Source of the DNA: an archaeon
GTDB taxonomy: Archaea > EX4484-52 > WAPT01
Direction: 5' to 3'
DNA length: 64,000 nt
Assembly (NCBI GenBank): GCA_029258795.1
Contig: JAPDKB010000002.1
Coordinates: forward strand, 1-64,000
Positions within the stretch are counted from its first letter, which is position 1. Each line of letters opens with the position of its first letter. Positions 42,431 to 52,502 of this stretch are shown here, in pieces. The notes under the pieces are model-generated. The model was not told where the DNA came from. It saw nothing but the letters and a program-made list of their open reading frames with translations, and made no database searches. The translations under genes were made by a program, and so were the position numbers.

Positions 42431-42910
42431 TCACTCAACTTTAACCTTCTTCGCCTTGCCGCTCTCCTTGACCTTGGGTATTCTGATTTCAAGCACACCG
42501 TTCTTGTAGGTCGCTTTGGCTTCCTCTGGCTTCACTTCGGTTGGAAGCGGTATCATCCTGTAGAATCCTTTGTAACTTCTCTCAACCCTGTACACACCTT
42601 CCTTCTCCTCCTTTGCCTCGATCTTCACCTCAGCTTTCACTTCCACGCTGTTCTCTGTAACGTTGACTTCAATGTCTTCCTTCCTCACACCCGGAAGCTC
42701 TACCGTCACCACAACTTCTTTGTCAGTCTCAAACACATCAGCTAGTGGCTCCCTGAAGCCACGCAGCTCTTCCATCGCTGGACCTTCCCATCTGAACCTG
42801 AAGCGCGCCGGTCCAACTCCAAAATCCCACTCCTCTTCAAAAAGCCTTTCCATCCTGTCTATCATCCTGCGCATCTCCTCAAAAGGATCGCGCCTCCACA
42901 CCATCGGCAT
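42431..42910 (-). CDS. hsp20: Small heat-shock protein (Hsp20)
   Basis: DPFEEM, PLADVFET, ELPGV and YKNGVLEI motifs. Confidence 0.96.
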   Translation of the reverse strand: MPMVWRRDPFEEMRRMIDRMERLFEEEWDFGVGPARFRFRWEGPAMEELRGFREPLADVFETDKEVVVTVELPGVRKEDIEVNVTENSVEVKAEVKIEAKEEKEGVYRVERSYKGFYRMIPLPTEVKPEEAKATYKNGVLEIRIPKVKESGKAKKVKVE

Positions 42911-42947
42911 CACCCCCCACTTTTTATTTTTCGATAAGTTGTATGTT

Positions 42948-42968
42948 TTGTCGAAATGATTTCGACAA
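42948..42968. promoter_or_regulatory. Perfect inverted repeat TTGTCGAAA-TGA-TTTCGACAA in the divergent hsp20 / wHTH promoter
   Basis: 9-bp arms with a 3-nt spacer, read directly from the sequence. Confidence 0.7.
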
Positions 42969-43022
42969 TATTAATATTTTATCAAAAAATATATAAACTT
43001 TTCGAATACAGTAATTTTAATT

Positions 43023-43427
43023 ATGGTGCGCAGGGAGATCATCATAAAAGAAAGGCGCATGCCGGAAAGGGAGGAAGTGGAGGATTTGATGGAATGGGTG
43101 TGTGAGTGTCTGGGTCTGGTTAAGGGTAGAGATACCGATAAAACCTCTGCCAAACTCCTCATGTGCTTTTTGCGTCACAGCATGAAAAACGAATCAGCCA
43201 CACCCGAAATTATGGCTTCTGAGCTCAACCTTTCCAGAAGCACAGTTATCCACCACCTCCAAAAGTATGTGAAGTCGGGGCTTATCATTCGAACTTCCAA
43301 GGGTTATGAGCTTAGAGAGAGAACGCTGGAAGAGACCTTAGCGGAAATAGAGAAAGATGTGGAAAGAGAGTTCGAAAGAATAAGAAAAATAGCAAGAAAA
43401 ATAGACGAAGCTCTGAAAGGATTATGA
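43023..43427 (+). CDS. Winged-helix transcriptional regulator
   Basis: MASELNLSRSTVIHHL HTH; CECLGL..GRD N-terminal motif. Confidence 0.85.
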   Translation: MVRREIIIKERRMPEREEVEDLMEWVCECLGLVKGRDTDKTSAKLLMCFLRHSMKNESATPEIMASELNLSRSTVIHHLQKYVKSGLIIRTSKGYELRERTLEETLAEIEKDVEREFERIRKIARKIDEALKGL

Positions 43428-43435
43428 CGATGCAT

Positions 43436-44110
43436 TTACTCCTCTTCTGCTTTCTTTCCCACGAAGAGGCAACAGTCATCACCCATTGCTTCGCACTTCA
43501 CCTCATGCACCTCGATTTTCTTTCCTGTTAATGCCGTGAAAACTCCCGCTATAACACCGCAAAGGAAGTGGCAGTAGGGTTCTGTGGTTTTCTTTCCGCT
43601 TTGTTTGATGATGGCGCTCTCAAAACAGTTTCTCATCTCCACAACAACCTCTCCAGTGCTGGCATCCGAATACAGAATTCGTGATTCTCCGAACCATCCG
43701 GCATGCATACCATAACCAAGCACTTTGGAACACTGCTCCTCCACGCTGGTTCCTTTTACCTTACTAAGTTTTGAGACATCAAAACCAGATTTCATCATAA
43801 CTCCAAGCTTTGATCCTATCCCTGCCTTTGCCATCCTGTTGAACATGTTTCCAATGTCCTCCCCAGCCCTAAACCCAAAGTCGTGCAGAACTCTCTTCTG
43901 CATCGCTGGACCGAGGGTCTTTCCCAGTGCTTCCTTAACATCGTTGAAAACCACATAGTTTATGAGAAGCACCCTCCTTCCGTGAAAAGCCATAACTCCA
44001 TCATCACTCGGCATGATCGGTGTGAGCTTGGGCGTCAACCCATAAAATGCATCCCTAACTTCTTCCAGATACTTTATCTTTTCCTCGTTGAACTGTTTAA
44101 TTTCCTCCAT
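43436..44110 (-). CDS. V4R domain protein
   Basis: GWFG, NCFES, PYCHFLCG and EVKC..GDDCCLF motifs. ATG 44110 follows GAGGTGA. Confidence 0.88.
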   Translation of the reverse strand: MEEIKQFNEEKIKYLEEVRDAFYGLTPKLTPIMPSDDGVMAFHGRRVLLINYVVFNDVKEALGKTLGPAMQKRVLHDFGFRAGEDIGNMFNRMAKAGIGSKLGVMMKSGFDVSKLSKVKGTSVEEQCSKVLGYGMHAGWFGESRILYSDASTGEVVVEMRNCFESAIIKQSGKKTTEPYCHFLCGVIAGVFTALTGKKIEVHEVKCEAMGDDCCLFVGKKAEEE

Positions 44111-44388
44111 ACTTTTCACCTCTAACATTTCGATTGGATTGGAGCGAGTCGATATTTTCCAAATTCTAGATAGTTCACTGTTTGAATTCCGTATATATAG
44201 ATATCCTAACAAATTGTCGAACATTTAGTCAATTAACGTAGTGTTAAATCAAAAAATTGGAGGTTGTGCTCCCTTCCTTTGAGGTGGCAGAACTCCAGTA
44301 AAACATTTAAAAATATTACCCAACACAAACAATACATCTTATCCTGATGCGATTAATTTTTGGTCAAAAATTTTACGGGTGTGTTTGA

Positions 44389-44823
44389 ATGGCTACCGTG
44401 TATGATGTGGACCCCAACATGCTGATTGAGAGAGCGGCACAGAAGTTAAAAGAAGTCAAAGAGATAAAGCCGCCGGTCTGGGCAGCTTACGTTAAGACAG
44501 GCATGCATAAGGAAAGGATTCCTGACCAGCCGGACTGGTGGTATTATAGAGCTGCAGCCGTTTTACGCCAGATATACTTGAGGCCGCGCGGCGTTTCCAG
44601 GTTGAGGAGGAAATATGGTGGAAAAAAGAACAGAGGTCATGCTCCAGAGAAGTTTTATCCCGGGAGCGGTAGCATAATCAGGAAATGCTTGCAGCAGCTG
44701 GAAGCGGCTGGCTTCGTTAAGAAAGGTCCCAAAGGAAGGGAGATAACCCCCACAGGCAGAAGCTTTTTGGATAAGATTGCAACGGAAATAGCAAAGGAAA
44801 TGGAAAAGGTAGTGAAAGCGTGA
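44389..44823 (+). CDS. rps19e: 30S ribosomal protein S19e
   Basis: TVYDV, VKTG..KER.P and DWWY.RAA motifs. Confidence 0.97.
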   Translation: MATVYDVDPNMLIERAAQKLKEVKEIKPPVWAAYVKTGMHKERIPDQPDWWYYRAAAVLRQIYLRPRGVSRLRRKYGGKKNRGHAPEKFYPGSGSIIRKCLQQLEAAGFVKKGPKGREITPTGRSFLDKIATEIAKEMEKVVKA

Positions 44824-44886
44824 TGGGACAGCTCCACACTCTCAATGGCGACCCTTGATTTATTATTGCGCCCGGGTGCATGCTCG

Positions 44887-45222
44887 ATGGATGATTTGGA
44901 GATGCTGAAAAGAAAAAAGCTCGAAGCTTACATGCAAGCCATGCAATCCAGCCAGCAGCAGGAGATTGAGGCGGCGCAACAGCAGGCCGCCCTCGAGATG
45001 CAGATAAAGGCTCTCATGCAAAAGTTGCTTGAACCCAATGCAAGAGAAAGGTTGTCAAACGTTAAGGTTGCGAAACCCGATCTTGCAAGACAGGTTGAGC
45101 TGCTTATACTTCAACTTTATCAGGCCGGAAGGATTCAAAAACCCCTTACCGAGCAACAGCTCGTGAATTTGTTGAAAGCACTATCCTCAGGCAAGAGAGA
45201 ATGGAAGATAAAGCGCGTGTAA
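44887..45222 (+). CDS. PDCD5-family DNA-binding protein
   Basis: L.P.ARERL..VK..KP motif; conserved position between S19e and L39e. Confidence 0.93.
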   Translation: MDDLEMLKRKKLEAYMQAMQSSQQQEIEAAQQQAALEMQIKALMQKLLEPNARERLSNVKVAKPDLARQVELLILQLYQAGRIQKPLTEQQLVNLLKALSSGKREWKIKRV

Positions 45223-45244
45223 ATAATGATTTAGGGTGCGGATG

Positions 45245-45424
45245 ATGGGCAGGTACAAAACCTCATGGGAGAAAACAAAGGTAATTAAGGAAAAGAGGAG
45301 CGCTAAAGCTGCACCTCGTTGGGTGGATCTGCGTGTCTTTGGTTTAGGAAGAGCAAGATTCAGGGCAGTTAAACGTTTCAGATCAAGACACTGGAGGAGA
45401 GGTGGGAGCAAGTTGAAGCTGTGA
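45245..45424 (+). CDS. rpl39e: 50S ribosomal protein L39e (divergent)
   Basis: P.WV and RHWRR..KLK motifs; synteny. Confidence 0.85.
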   Translation: MGRYKTSWEKTKVIKEKRSAKAAPRWVDLRVFGLGRARFRAVKRFRSRHWRRGGSKLKL

Positions 45425-45435
45425 TGGTGGTGTGA

Positions 45436-45987
45436 ATGGCCGAAGCAAAGGTTGAGATTCAGAAGGAGATGGTTTATACTGTTCCTCTCAAGTATGCATG
45501 GCTTGGCCCTCACAACGACAGGACAAGGAAGGCTGTAGATGTTCTCAAAAGGTTTGTAATGAGGCATATGAAAGTTAAGGAGGTTAAGATAGCTGCCGAG
45601 TTAAACGAGAAGATATGGGAGAGGGGGATAAAGAACCCTCCCAGAAGGATAAAGGTCAGGGTAGCAAAAGTGAGTGATGAGGTTGCATGGGTTACGCTGC
45701 CCGAGCACAAGTTTCCGTTTGAATTGGAAGCGATGAAAAAGAAAGAGGAGGAAGTGGTGGAAAAGAAGGAGAGTGAAGAAAAGGGAAAAGCTGGGAAGGT
45801 GGAGGAAGAGAAGGTGAAGAAGGAGGAAAAGGATACCACATCATCCAAAGCTGAAAAAACCGAGGAGAAAGCCAAGAAAACAAAAAAGGAGGAACCAGAA
45901 TCCAAACAGGAATCCAAAAAGGAAGAGAAGAGCACAAAATCATCCAAAAAGGGCGGGAAAGCAACTTCTCCCAAAAAAGAAAAATAA
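45436..45987 (+). CDS. rpl31e: 50S ribosomal protein L31e with long Lys/Glu-rich tail
   Basis: YTVPL, RHMK and LNEKIWERGIKNPPRRIKV motifs. Confidence 0.95.
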   Translation: MAEAKVEIQKEMVYTVPLKYAWLGPHNDRTRKAVDVLKRFVMRHMKVKEVKIAAELNEKIWERGIKNPPRRIKVRVAKVSDEVAWVTLPEHKFPFELEAMKKKEEEVVEKKESEEKGKAGKVEEEKVKKEEKDTTSSKAEKTEEKAKKTKKEEPESKQESKKEEKSTKSSKKGGKATSPKKEK

Positions 45988-46017
45988 AGAGACCGATTGA
46001 GCCGGTGATGCTTTTAG

Positions 46018-46686
46018 ATGGCGCACGTGATGAAAACCACATACAATGGTGATGTCAACATAGGATTGTTTGCTCTTGCCACCGACGAATTCTGGATGGC
46101 TCCCGCTGACTTTCCCGAGCTTGAAGTTCTGAAAGTTCCACGTATTTCCTGTACAGCTTCCGACACACCGCTGATCGGGCTTTTTGTTGTGGCGAACTCG
46201 AATGGAATAGTTCTGCCAAAAATAACGGAGAAGAGAGAAGTTGATGCGCTCAAAAAGAGGATTAAAGAAGTGGGAAAAGATATCAACATTTCCGTTCTCC
46301 GCACTAAATATACTGTGCTGGGCAACCTCATAGTGTGCAACGATAAGGGTGCTTTAATCTCAGAAAATCTCAGAGCTTCAGCCAAAAAGATTGAAGACAC
46401 TTTAGGGGTTGAGGTTGTTACAGGCAGCATTGCTGGAAGCAAACTCCCTGGAAGTTATGCTGTTGCCACGAATAAAGGGTTTTTGCTTTCCAATCTGGGG
46501 AGTGAGGATGATTACGCACTTTTAGAAAGCGTGCTGAAGGTCGAGGGTGATCTCGGAAGCGTCAATTTTGGCAGCAATTTTGTGAGGAGCGGACTCATTG
46601 CTAACTCCAATGGCTATGTGGTGGGAGAACCAACAACTGGTGTGGAACTCACAAGAATAGATGAAGCGCTGGGTTTTTTGGAATAA
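46018..46686 (+). CDS. eif6: Translation initiation factor 6 (aIF6)
   Basis: GSVNFG..VRSGLIANS.G and TTG.EL.RI.EALG motifs. Confidence 0.95.
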   Translation: MAHVMKTTYNGDVNIGLFALATDEFWMAPADFPELEVLKVPRISCTASDTPLIGLFVVANSNGIVLPKITEKREVDALKKRIKEVGKDINISVLRTKYTVLGNLIVCNDKGALISENLRASAKKIEDTLGVEVVTGSIAGSKLPGSYAVATNKGFLLSNLGSEDDYALLESVLKVEGDLGSVNFGSNFVRSGLIANSNGYVVGEPTTGVELTRIDEALGFLE

Positions 46687-46755
46687 TCTTGACCATCAGC
46701 AAAGCAAAATCTTTTTAAGAGCTACGCACAATTAGATTATTACTCCCTTCTGTGC

Positions 46756-46833
46756 AGCGGGGTAGAGCAGCCTGGAGTGCTCGCCGGGCTCATAACCCGG
46801 AGGTCGCAGGTTCAAATCCTGCCCCCGCTACCA
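46756..46833 (+). tRNA. Initiator tRNA-Met(CAT), intronless; CCA encoded
   Basis: A1:T72 pair and three consecutive G:C pairs in the anticodon stem (CCGGG-CTCATAA-CCCGG). Confidence 0.97.
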
Positions 46834-46900
46834 GTTCTTAAATTTTTCTATATCACAAAATCGAAAAGCTTATATATACCTTTATACCACAATCGCCGAT

Positions 46901-47563
46901 ATGCTTAAGGATGTGATAATGCTCGGTTCTGTAGCTTTGCTCCTCTACATGGGGTGGCAGGTTGAAAAGAGAAAGCGGGCAACACACAAATCCATACTCA
47001 CGAAGCTATCCATGTTCTACTTTGCTCTGGGCATTTCTATTCTAATGTATTACATCAGGGATTTTTATGTTGCCAACGAAGCACTAGATCTCTTATTTTA
47101 CCGCATAGGGGCTATGTTTCAAGGATTGTCTTTTCTGCTTATTTTTCTGTTCTCGATCGACATATTTTATTCTGAAAGCAGGTTTAAAATGCCAGCATAC
47201 ATTCTCGCATTTCTAATCTTTGTTATGTTCTCTATTGGTATGTGGACTTTTCATCTGGAGCGTGAGATGCAAGTGTTTTATCTGGATAAAAAGTACGAAG
47301 TCACAAGAGTGTTCTTCCCCATTGAAATCGAAAAAATCATCATAACCTTGATAGGTATTTTTGCATCCACACTCCCGACACTGTCATTCGTTATTTATGG
47401 ATTGCGCGACAAAAATTCGAGGAAGAAAGCATTTCTCTATGCTACAGGTATGGTAGTCATGTTTGCAGGATCGATGCTATGCTATCTTATATCTCCGTTA
47501 CTAGCCAGATCCTTGTATCTGGTTGGCGCGATAATCTGTTATTATGCTTTCAAGATGAGGTGA
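46901..47563 (+). CDS. Seven-transmembrane protein without a cytoplasmic output domain
   Basis: Seven hydrophobic segments by eye, with a long loop between TM4 and TM5; 7 bp from the V4R gene. Confidence 0.75.
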   Translation: MLKDVIMLGSVALLLYMGWQVEKRKRATHKSILTKLSMFYFALGISILMYYIRDFYVANEALDLLFYRIGAMFQGLSFLLIFLFSIDIFYSESRFKMPAYILAFLIFVMFSIGMWTFHLEREMQVFYLDKKYEVTRVFFPIEIEKIIITLIGIFASTLPTLSFVIYGLRDKNSRKKAFLYATGMVVMFAGSMLCYLISPLLARSLYLVGAIICYYAFKMR

Positions 47564-47570
47564 GTGGAGG

Positions 47571-48029
47571 ATGCGATTGAAGAAAAATGAAAAATATGTG
47601 GTGTTCGGAGCAGAAGAATGGAGGGTTACTGTGGGTAAGCTTTATGAGGTCGCGGGAAAGGTGTGCGGTAGGGCTCTTTATGATGGAGGGTTGGTTAAAG
47701 GGAGGAAACTCGCGAAAGCCAGTAAGTTGAAGTCGATGGCGGAGATTGAGAGCGTTCTCAAGAATGAGAATCTTGCAGAGCAGGTACAAGTTGAGAGAGA
47801 TATAATTCTTGTTAAGGGCTCTTTCGAAGGAGAAGCCCTAAAACCATCCCTGAAGCCGAGATGCTTCTATCTGGCTGGAGTGCTTGCCGCGCTTTATTCT
47901 GCCTGCAGCGGTAAGGATGTTAAGGTGGAGGAGACGGACTGCATAGCGATGGGTAAAAAGGAGTGCAGGTTTGTGGTGAGGGAGTTGAAATGGTATGAGA
48001 AAATGAAGGAAGTGATGGAAGTGATTTGA
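47571..48029 (+). CDS. Stand-alone V4R domain protein
   Basis: SFE, PRCFYLAG and EETDCIAMG..ECRF motifs. Confidence 0.88.
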   Translation: MRLKKNEKYVVFGAEEWRVTVGKLYEVAGKVCGRALYDGGLVKGRKLAKASKLKSMAEIESVLKNENLAEQVQVERDIILVKGSFEGEALKPSLKPRCFYLAGVLAALYSACSGKDVKVEETDCIAMGKKECRFVVRELKWYEKMKEVMEVI

Positions 48030-48133
48030 GGTGGAAAAGGGTTGAAGAATGTGACGGAAACCTATAAAAAGCTTCTTTTCCAACCAATCATATCTTCATC
48101 TTTTGACCTTCCTTTCTGAGTGGAGGAGATAAC

Positions 48134-50029
48134 ATGACTAAAGATTACGATGCCTCAGCCATCAAGGTTCTGGAGGGGCTTGAGGCGGTGAGAAGAAGGC
48201 CCGCAATGTATATAGGTAGTGTGGGGAAGCGCGGTCTCCACCATCTTGTTAATGAAGTTGTTGACAACAGTGTGGATGAAGCCCTAGCCGGCTACTGTAC
48301 GAGAATAGTGGTAACGCTTCACAAGGATGGATCGGTTAGCGTTGAGGATAATGGACGGGGCATTCCGGTTGACAAGCATCCAAAGTATGGAATTTCTGCG
48401 CTTGAGGTTGTCATGACGAAATTGCACGCAGGAGGTAAGTTCGACAAGAAGGTTTACAAGGTTTCTGGAGGGTTGCACGGAGTTGGAGTTAGTGTGGTGA
48501 ACGCTCTTTCTGAATGGATGGAGGTTCGTGTTAAAAGAGACGGGAAAATCTGGATGCAGAAATACGAGAGAGGTAAGCCAGTAACACAGCTCGAAGTTGC
48601 GGGGGAAACCGATGAAACCGGAACTTATGTCAGGTTTAAGCCCGACCCTGAGATATTCGAGGATACGAGATTTGACCCGTCCATAATAGAGGCGCGCCTC
48701 AAGGAGCTCGCTTATCTCAATCCCGGACTTGAAATAATTTTCAGGGATGAGATTAACGGTAAGGAGAAGCGCTTCTGCTTTGAGAACGGAATAGTTGACC
48801 TTGTGAAAGAGCTTACAAAGGGCAAAAACGCTTTGCACGATGATGTCATCTATCTAAAAGGGGAGGATAATGATGTGATAGTGGAGATTGCGCTGCAATA
48901 TACACAAATGGAAGGTTCAAGCGAGTTCTCGTTTGTCAACAACATCAACACGATTGAAGGCGGCACTCATGTCACAGGATTCAGAATGGCTCTCACAAAA
49001 GCTATTAAGGAAGCTATGGAAAAGCAGGGGCTTTTGAAGGAGAAGGGCGTAAACATCGAGAGTGAGGATATAAGGGATGGGTTAACAGCGGTTATTTCCG
49101 TTAAGGTGCCAAACCCGCAGTTCGAAGGTCAGACGAAAACCAAGCTGGGTAATAGCGAGGTAAGAAACGTAGTTTACAGCATAGTTTACTCCGGGCTCAA
49201 GGATTACTTTGAGAAGCACCCCGAGTTGATAAAGAACATAGGAAACAGGATTATACTTGCTGCAAAAGCCAGAATAGCGGCGAAGAAAGCAAAGGAGCTC
49301 GTGAAAAGAAAGAGCGCGCTTGAAACCACCACGCTTCCAGGCAAGCTTGCTGATTGCATAGAGAGAGATCCTGAAAAATGCGAGCTGTTCATAGTGGAGG
49401 GTGAAAGTGCAGGAGGTAGCGCAAAGCTCGCAAGGACAAGACAGACACAAGCCGTACTTCCGCTGAGGGGTAAGATAATAAATGTGGAAAAAGCTGGACT
49501 GGTCAAGGTGCTGAGAAATGAGGAAATAAAGGCATTGATTTCGGCCATAGGCACTGGCATAGGGGAGGAATTCGACATCAAAAAGCTGAGATACGGAAAG
49601 ATAATAATCATGACGGATGCTGATGTTGATGGAGCTCACATAAGAACACTGCTCCTAACCTTCTTCTACCGCTACATGCCCAAGCTTATAGAGGAGGAGA
49701 AGATATGCATAGCGATGCCACCTCTCTACCGAATCAAGGCGGGGAAGGATATTTATTATGTTTACAGCGAGGAGGAGAAGGAAGAGCTTCTCAAAAAGCT
49801 TGAAGGGAAGAAAGTTGAGGTGCAGCGTTACAAAGGTCTGGGTGAGATGAATCCGGAGCAGCTCTGGGAAACAACCATGAATCCCGAAACTCGAGTCATA
49901 AAAAAAGTGTTCATGGAGGATGCGATAGAGGCCGATAGAATATTCTCGATACTCATGGGTCCCGATACTGAACCCCGAAAGGAGTTCATAATGACTCATG
50001 CAAAGGAAGCTGTGAACATAGATGTTTAA
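48134..50029 (+). CDS. gyrB: DNA gyrase subunit B
   Basis: LEAVRRRPAMYIG, EVVDNS, SGGLHGVG, EGESA, PLRGK, TDADVDG and YKGLGEM motifs. Confidence 0.98.
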   Translation: MTKDYDASAIKVLEGLEAVRRRPAMYIGSVGKRGLHHLVNEVVDNSVDEALAGYCTRIVVTLHKDGSVSVEDNGRGIPVDKHPKYGISALEVVMTKLHAGGKFDKKVYKVSGGLHGVGVSVVNALSEWMEVRVKRDGKIWMQKYERGKPVTQLEVAGETDETGTYVRFKPDPEIFEDTRFDPSIIEARLKELAYLNPGLEIIFRDEINGKEKRFCFENGIVDLVKELTKGKNALHDDVIYLKGEDNDVIVEIALQYTQMEGSSEFSFVNNINTIEGGTHVTGFRMALTKAIKEAMEKQGLLKEKGVNIESEDIRDGLTAVISVKVPNPQFEGQTKTKLGNSEVRNVVYSIVYSGLKDYFEKHPELIKNIGNRIILAAKARIAAKKAKELVKRKSALETTTLPGKLADCIERDPEKCELFIVEGESAGGSAKLARTRQTQAVLPLRGKIINVEKAGLVKVLRNEEIKALISAIGTGIGEEFDIKKLRYGKIIIMTDADVDGAHIRTLLLTFFYRYMPKLIEEEKICIAMPPLYRIKAGKDIYYVYSEEEKEELLKKLEGKKVEVQRYKGLGEMNPEQLWETTMNPETRVIKKVFMEDAIEADRIFSILMGPDTEPRKEFIMTHAKEAVNIDV

Positions 50030-50050
50030 AGCCAGGAAAGGTGATGATAT

Positions 50051-52477
50051 TTGACACCGCAGAAAGCAAAGCTCATTGAAGCCCCTCTCGAGCAGGAGAT
50101 GAAGCAGGCATATCTGGATTACGCGATGAGCGTTATAGTGGGAAGAGCACTTCCTGATGTGAGGGATGGTTTGAAGCCAGTTCACAGGAGAATACTCTAT
50201 GCCATGTACGAAATGGGGCTTTTCCACAACAAGCCCTACAAGAAGTCAGCCAGAGTGGTTGGAGAAGTGCTCGGTAAGTACCATCCGCATGGTGACGCTT
50301 CCGTTTATGATGCACTCGTCAGAATGGCGCAGGATTTTGTTATGAATTATGTTCTCGTGGATGGCCACGGTAATTTTGGCAGTGTGGATGGCGATCCACC
50401 AGCTGCCATGCGTTACACCGAAGTGAGGCTTTCGAAGATAGCTGAGGAGATGTTGAAGGACATAGACAAGGACACTGTGGATTTCGTGCCCAACTTCGAT
50501 GGCACGCTGAAAGAGCCAGTAGTTTTACCTGCTGCATTTCCCAATCTCCTTGTGAATGGCTCTTCTGGTATAGCTGTAGGAATGGCAACCAACATACTAC
50601 CTCACAATTTGAACGAGGTGGTGGATGCGCTCATCTTCCTTATAGATAACAGGAAACGAGAGGTGAAGGATGAGGAGCTGCTTTCTATAGTTCAGGGACC
50701 TGACTTTCCGACAGGAGGTATAATTCTGGGTAGAGAGGGTATAAGGAGGGGTTATCTTACAGGTAGAGGAAGGGTGATTGTTAGAGGGAAAGCGGAGATT
50801 GAAGAGGGCAAGGGGAAAAGCAGAATAGTTATAACTGAAATTCCATATCAGGTCAACAAAGCGAGAATGATAGAGCACATAGCAGAGCTTGTGAAGGATG
50901 GAGTTATAAGCGGTATAAGAGACATAAGGGATGAATCGGATAGAGAGGGATTGCGCGTCGTTATAGAGCTGAGAAAGGATGCAGACCCCAACATAGTTCT
51001 CAATCAGCTCTACAAGCACACTCAACTTGAAACCAGCTATTCCATGCTGAATCTGGCTCTGGTTGACAACCAGCCGAAAATCCTCACACTCCGCCAGATG
51101 CTGGATGAGTTCATAAAGCACCGCTTCACCGTCATCAGGAGGAAAGCTTCTTACGAGCTGAAGCTTGCCAGAGACAGGGAGCACATAGTGGAGGGCTTGC
51201 TCATAGCTCTGGCCAACATAGATGAGGTTATAGACCTCATCAAGAAATCAAAGGACAGGAAGGAAGCCATGAGCTCACTCATCTCAAGATTCCAGCTGAG
51301 CGAGAAGCAGGCAGATGCCATCCTAACCATGCAGCTGCAGAAGCTGACCTCCATGGAAGTGGAGAAGCTGAAGGAAGAAAAGAAGGAGCTGGAGGAGAGA
51401 ATAAAGAAGCTGCAGAAGATTGTGAATGAAGATGATGAAGTTTACAGGATAATGAGAGAGGAGTTTGAGGAGATAAAGAAGAAGTATGGAAGGGAGAGGA
51501 GAACGAGAATAGAGGAAAGGTATGAAAGCATCGATATTGAGGACCTCGTGCAGGAGGAGGAGGTCATAGTTCTCTGCACAAAGGAAGGTTTCATAAAAAG
51601 GATGCCCGCAAAGCTTTACAGAACGCAGAGGAGGGGTGGCGCTGGCATAATAGGATTGCGTGCTGGCGATCACGATTACACAAAACATCTGATAGCTTGT
51701 TCAACCCACGATATTCTGCTCATCTTTTCAAACAAAGGTGTGCTCCGCACAATCAAAGCTTACGAGATTCCGGAGGCGAGCAGATACAGCAAGGGAAGGC
51801 ACATCTCACAGCTTTTGAAAATGGGTGAGGATGAGAAGGCGGCTGCAATCATTCCTTACAGAAAATCAAACAATTACAAGTACCTCTTCATGTACACCAA
51901 AATGGGCATCGTTAAAAAATGCGAGCTTGAGCTTTTTGCCAACGCAAAGAGGAGCGGAGTTATAGCAATAAAGCTGAAAGAGGGAGATAAGTTGATGGGT
52001 GCAATGCTCACTACAGGAAACAATACGATAATGCTCGCAACAAGGAAGGGCATGGCAATACTTTTCAATGAGCAGGACGTCAGACCCATGGGAAGGAGCG
52101 CGGTCGGAGTGGTTGGAGTCCGGCTTGGCAAGGGTGATGAGGTCGTTGCAGGAGCTGTGGTTGATGACGCGGATTACATCCTCACGGTTACATCGAAGGG
52201 TTATGTGAAGAAGAGCAGGAAGGAAGAGTACAGGGTGATCAAGCGCGGTGGAAAGGGTGTGACTAACATAAAGCTGAGCGAGAAGAATGGTGAGGTGGTG
52301 ACGGCTTTTGGAGTTAGAGATGAGGACGAGATTGTTGCGATAACCAAGAGCGGCATGACCATAAAGGTGAGTGTGAAGCAAATTCCATGTCACGGAAGAG
52401 CAACCATGGGTGTCAGGTTGATCAAACTTAAAGATGGGGATGTCGTGGCGGACGCTGCAAAAATAATTAATATTTAG
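50051..52477 (+). CDS. gyrA: DNA gyrase subunit A
   Basis: [17 protein letters not shown] and AAMRYTE motifs; GyrA-box-like QRRGGAG; C-terminal pinwheel repeats. Confidence 0.97.
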   Translation: MTPQKAKLIEAPLEQEMKQAYLDYAMSVIVGRALPDVRDGLKPVHRRILYAMYEMGLFHNKPYKKSARVVGEVLGKYHPHGDASVYDALVRMAQDFVMNYVLVDGHGNFGSVDGDPPAAMRYTEVRLSKIAEEMLKDIDKDTVDFVPNFDGTLKEPVVLPAAFPNLLVNGSSGIAVGMATNILPHNLNEVVDALIFLIDNRKREVKDEELLSIVQGPDFPTGGIILGREGIRRGYLTGRGRVIVRGKAEIEEGKGKSRIVITEIPYQVNKARMIEHIAELVKDGVISGIRDIRDESDREGLRVVIELRKDADPNIVLNQLYKHTQLETSYSMLNLALVDNQPKILTLRQMLDEFIKHRFTVIRRKASYELKLARDREHIVEGLLIALANIDEVIDLIKKSKDRKEAMSSLISRFQLSEKQADAILTMQLQKLTSMEVEKLKEEKKELEERIKKLQKIVNEDDEVYRIMREEFEEIKKKYGRERRTRIEERYESIDIEDLVQEEEVIVLCTKEGFIKRMPAKLYRTQRRGGAGIIGLRAGDHDYTKHLIACSTHDILLIFSNKGVLRTIKAYEIPEASRYSKGRHISQLLKMGEDEKAAAIIPYRKSNNYKYLFMYTKMGIVKKCELELFANAKRSGVIAIKLKEGDKLMGAMLTTGNNTIMLATRKGMAILFNEQDVRPMGRSAVGVVGVRLGKGDEVVAGAVVDDADYILTVTSKGYVKKSRKEEYRVIKRGGKGVTNIKLSEKNGEVVTAFGVRDEDEIVAITKSGMTIKVSVKQIPCHGRATMGVRLIKLKDGDVVADAAKIINI

Positions 52478-52502
52478 CGCCATAATACTTTCCCTGTTGC
52501 AA

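Noticed and set aside
46901-47563. 7TM protein as a microbial rhodopsin or heliorhodopsin
   Set aside because: No lysine within TM7 (the only Lys follows the helix) and no DxxxK/SxxxK motif.
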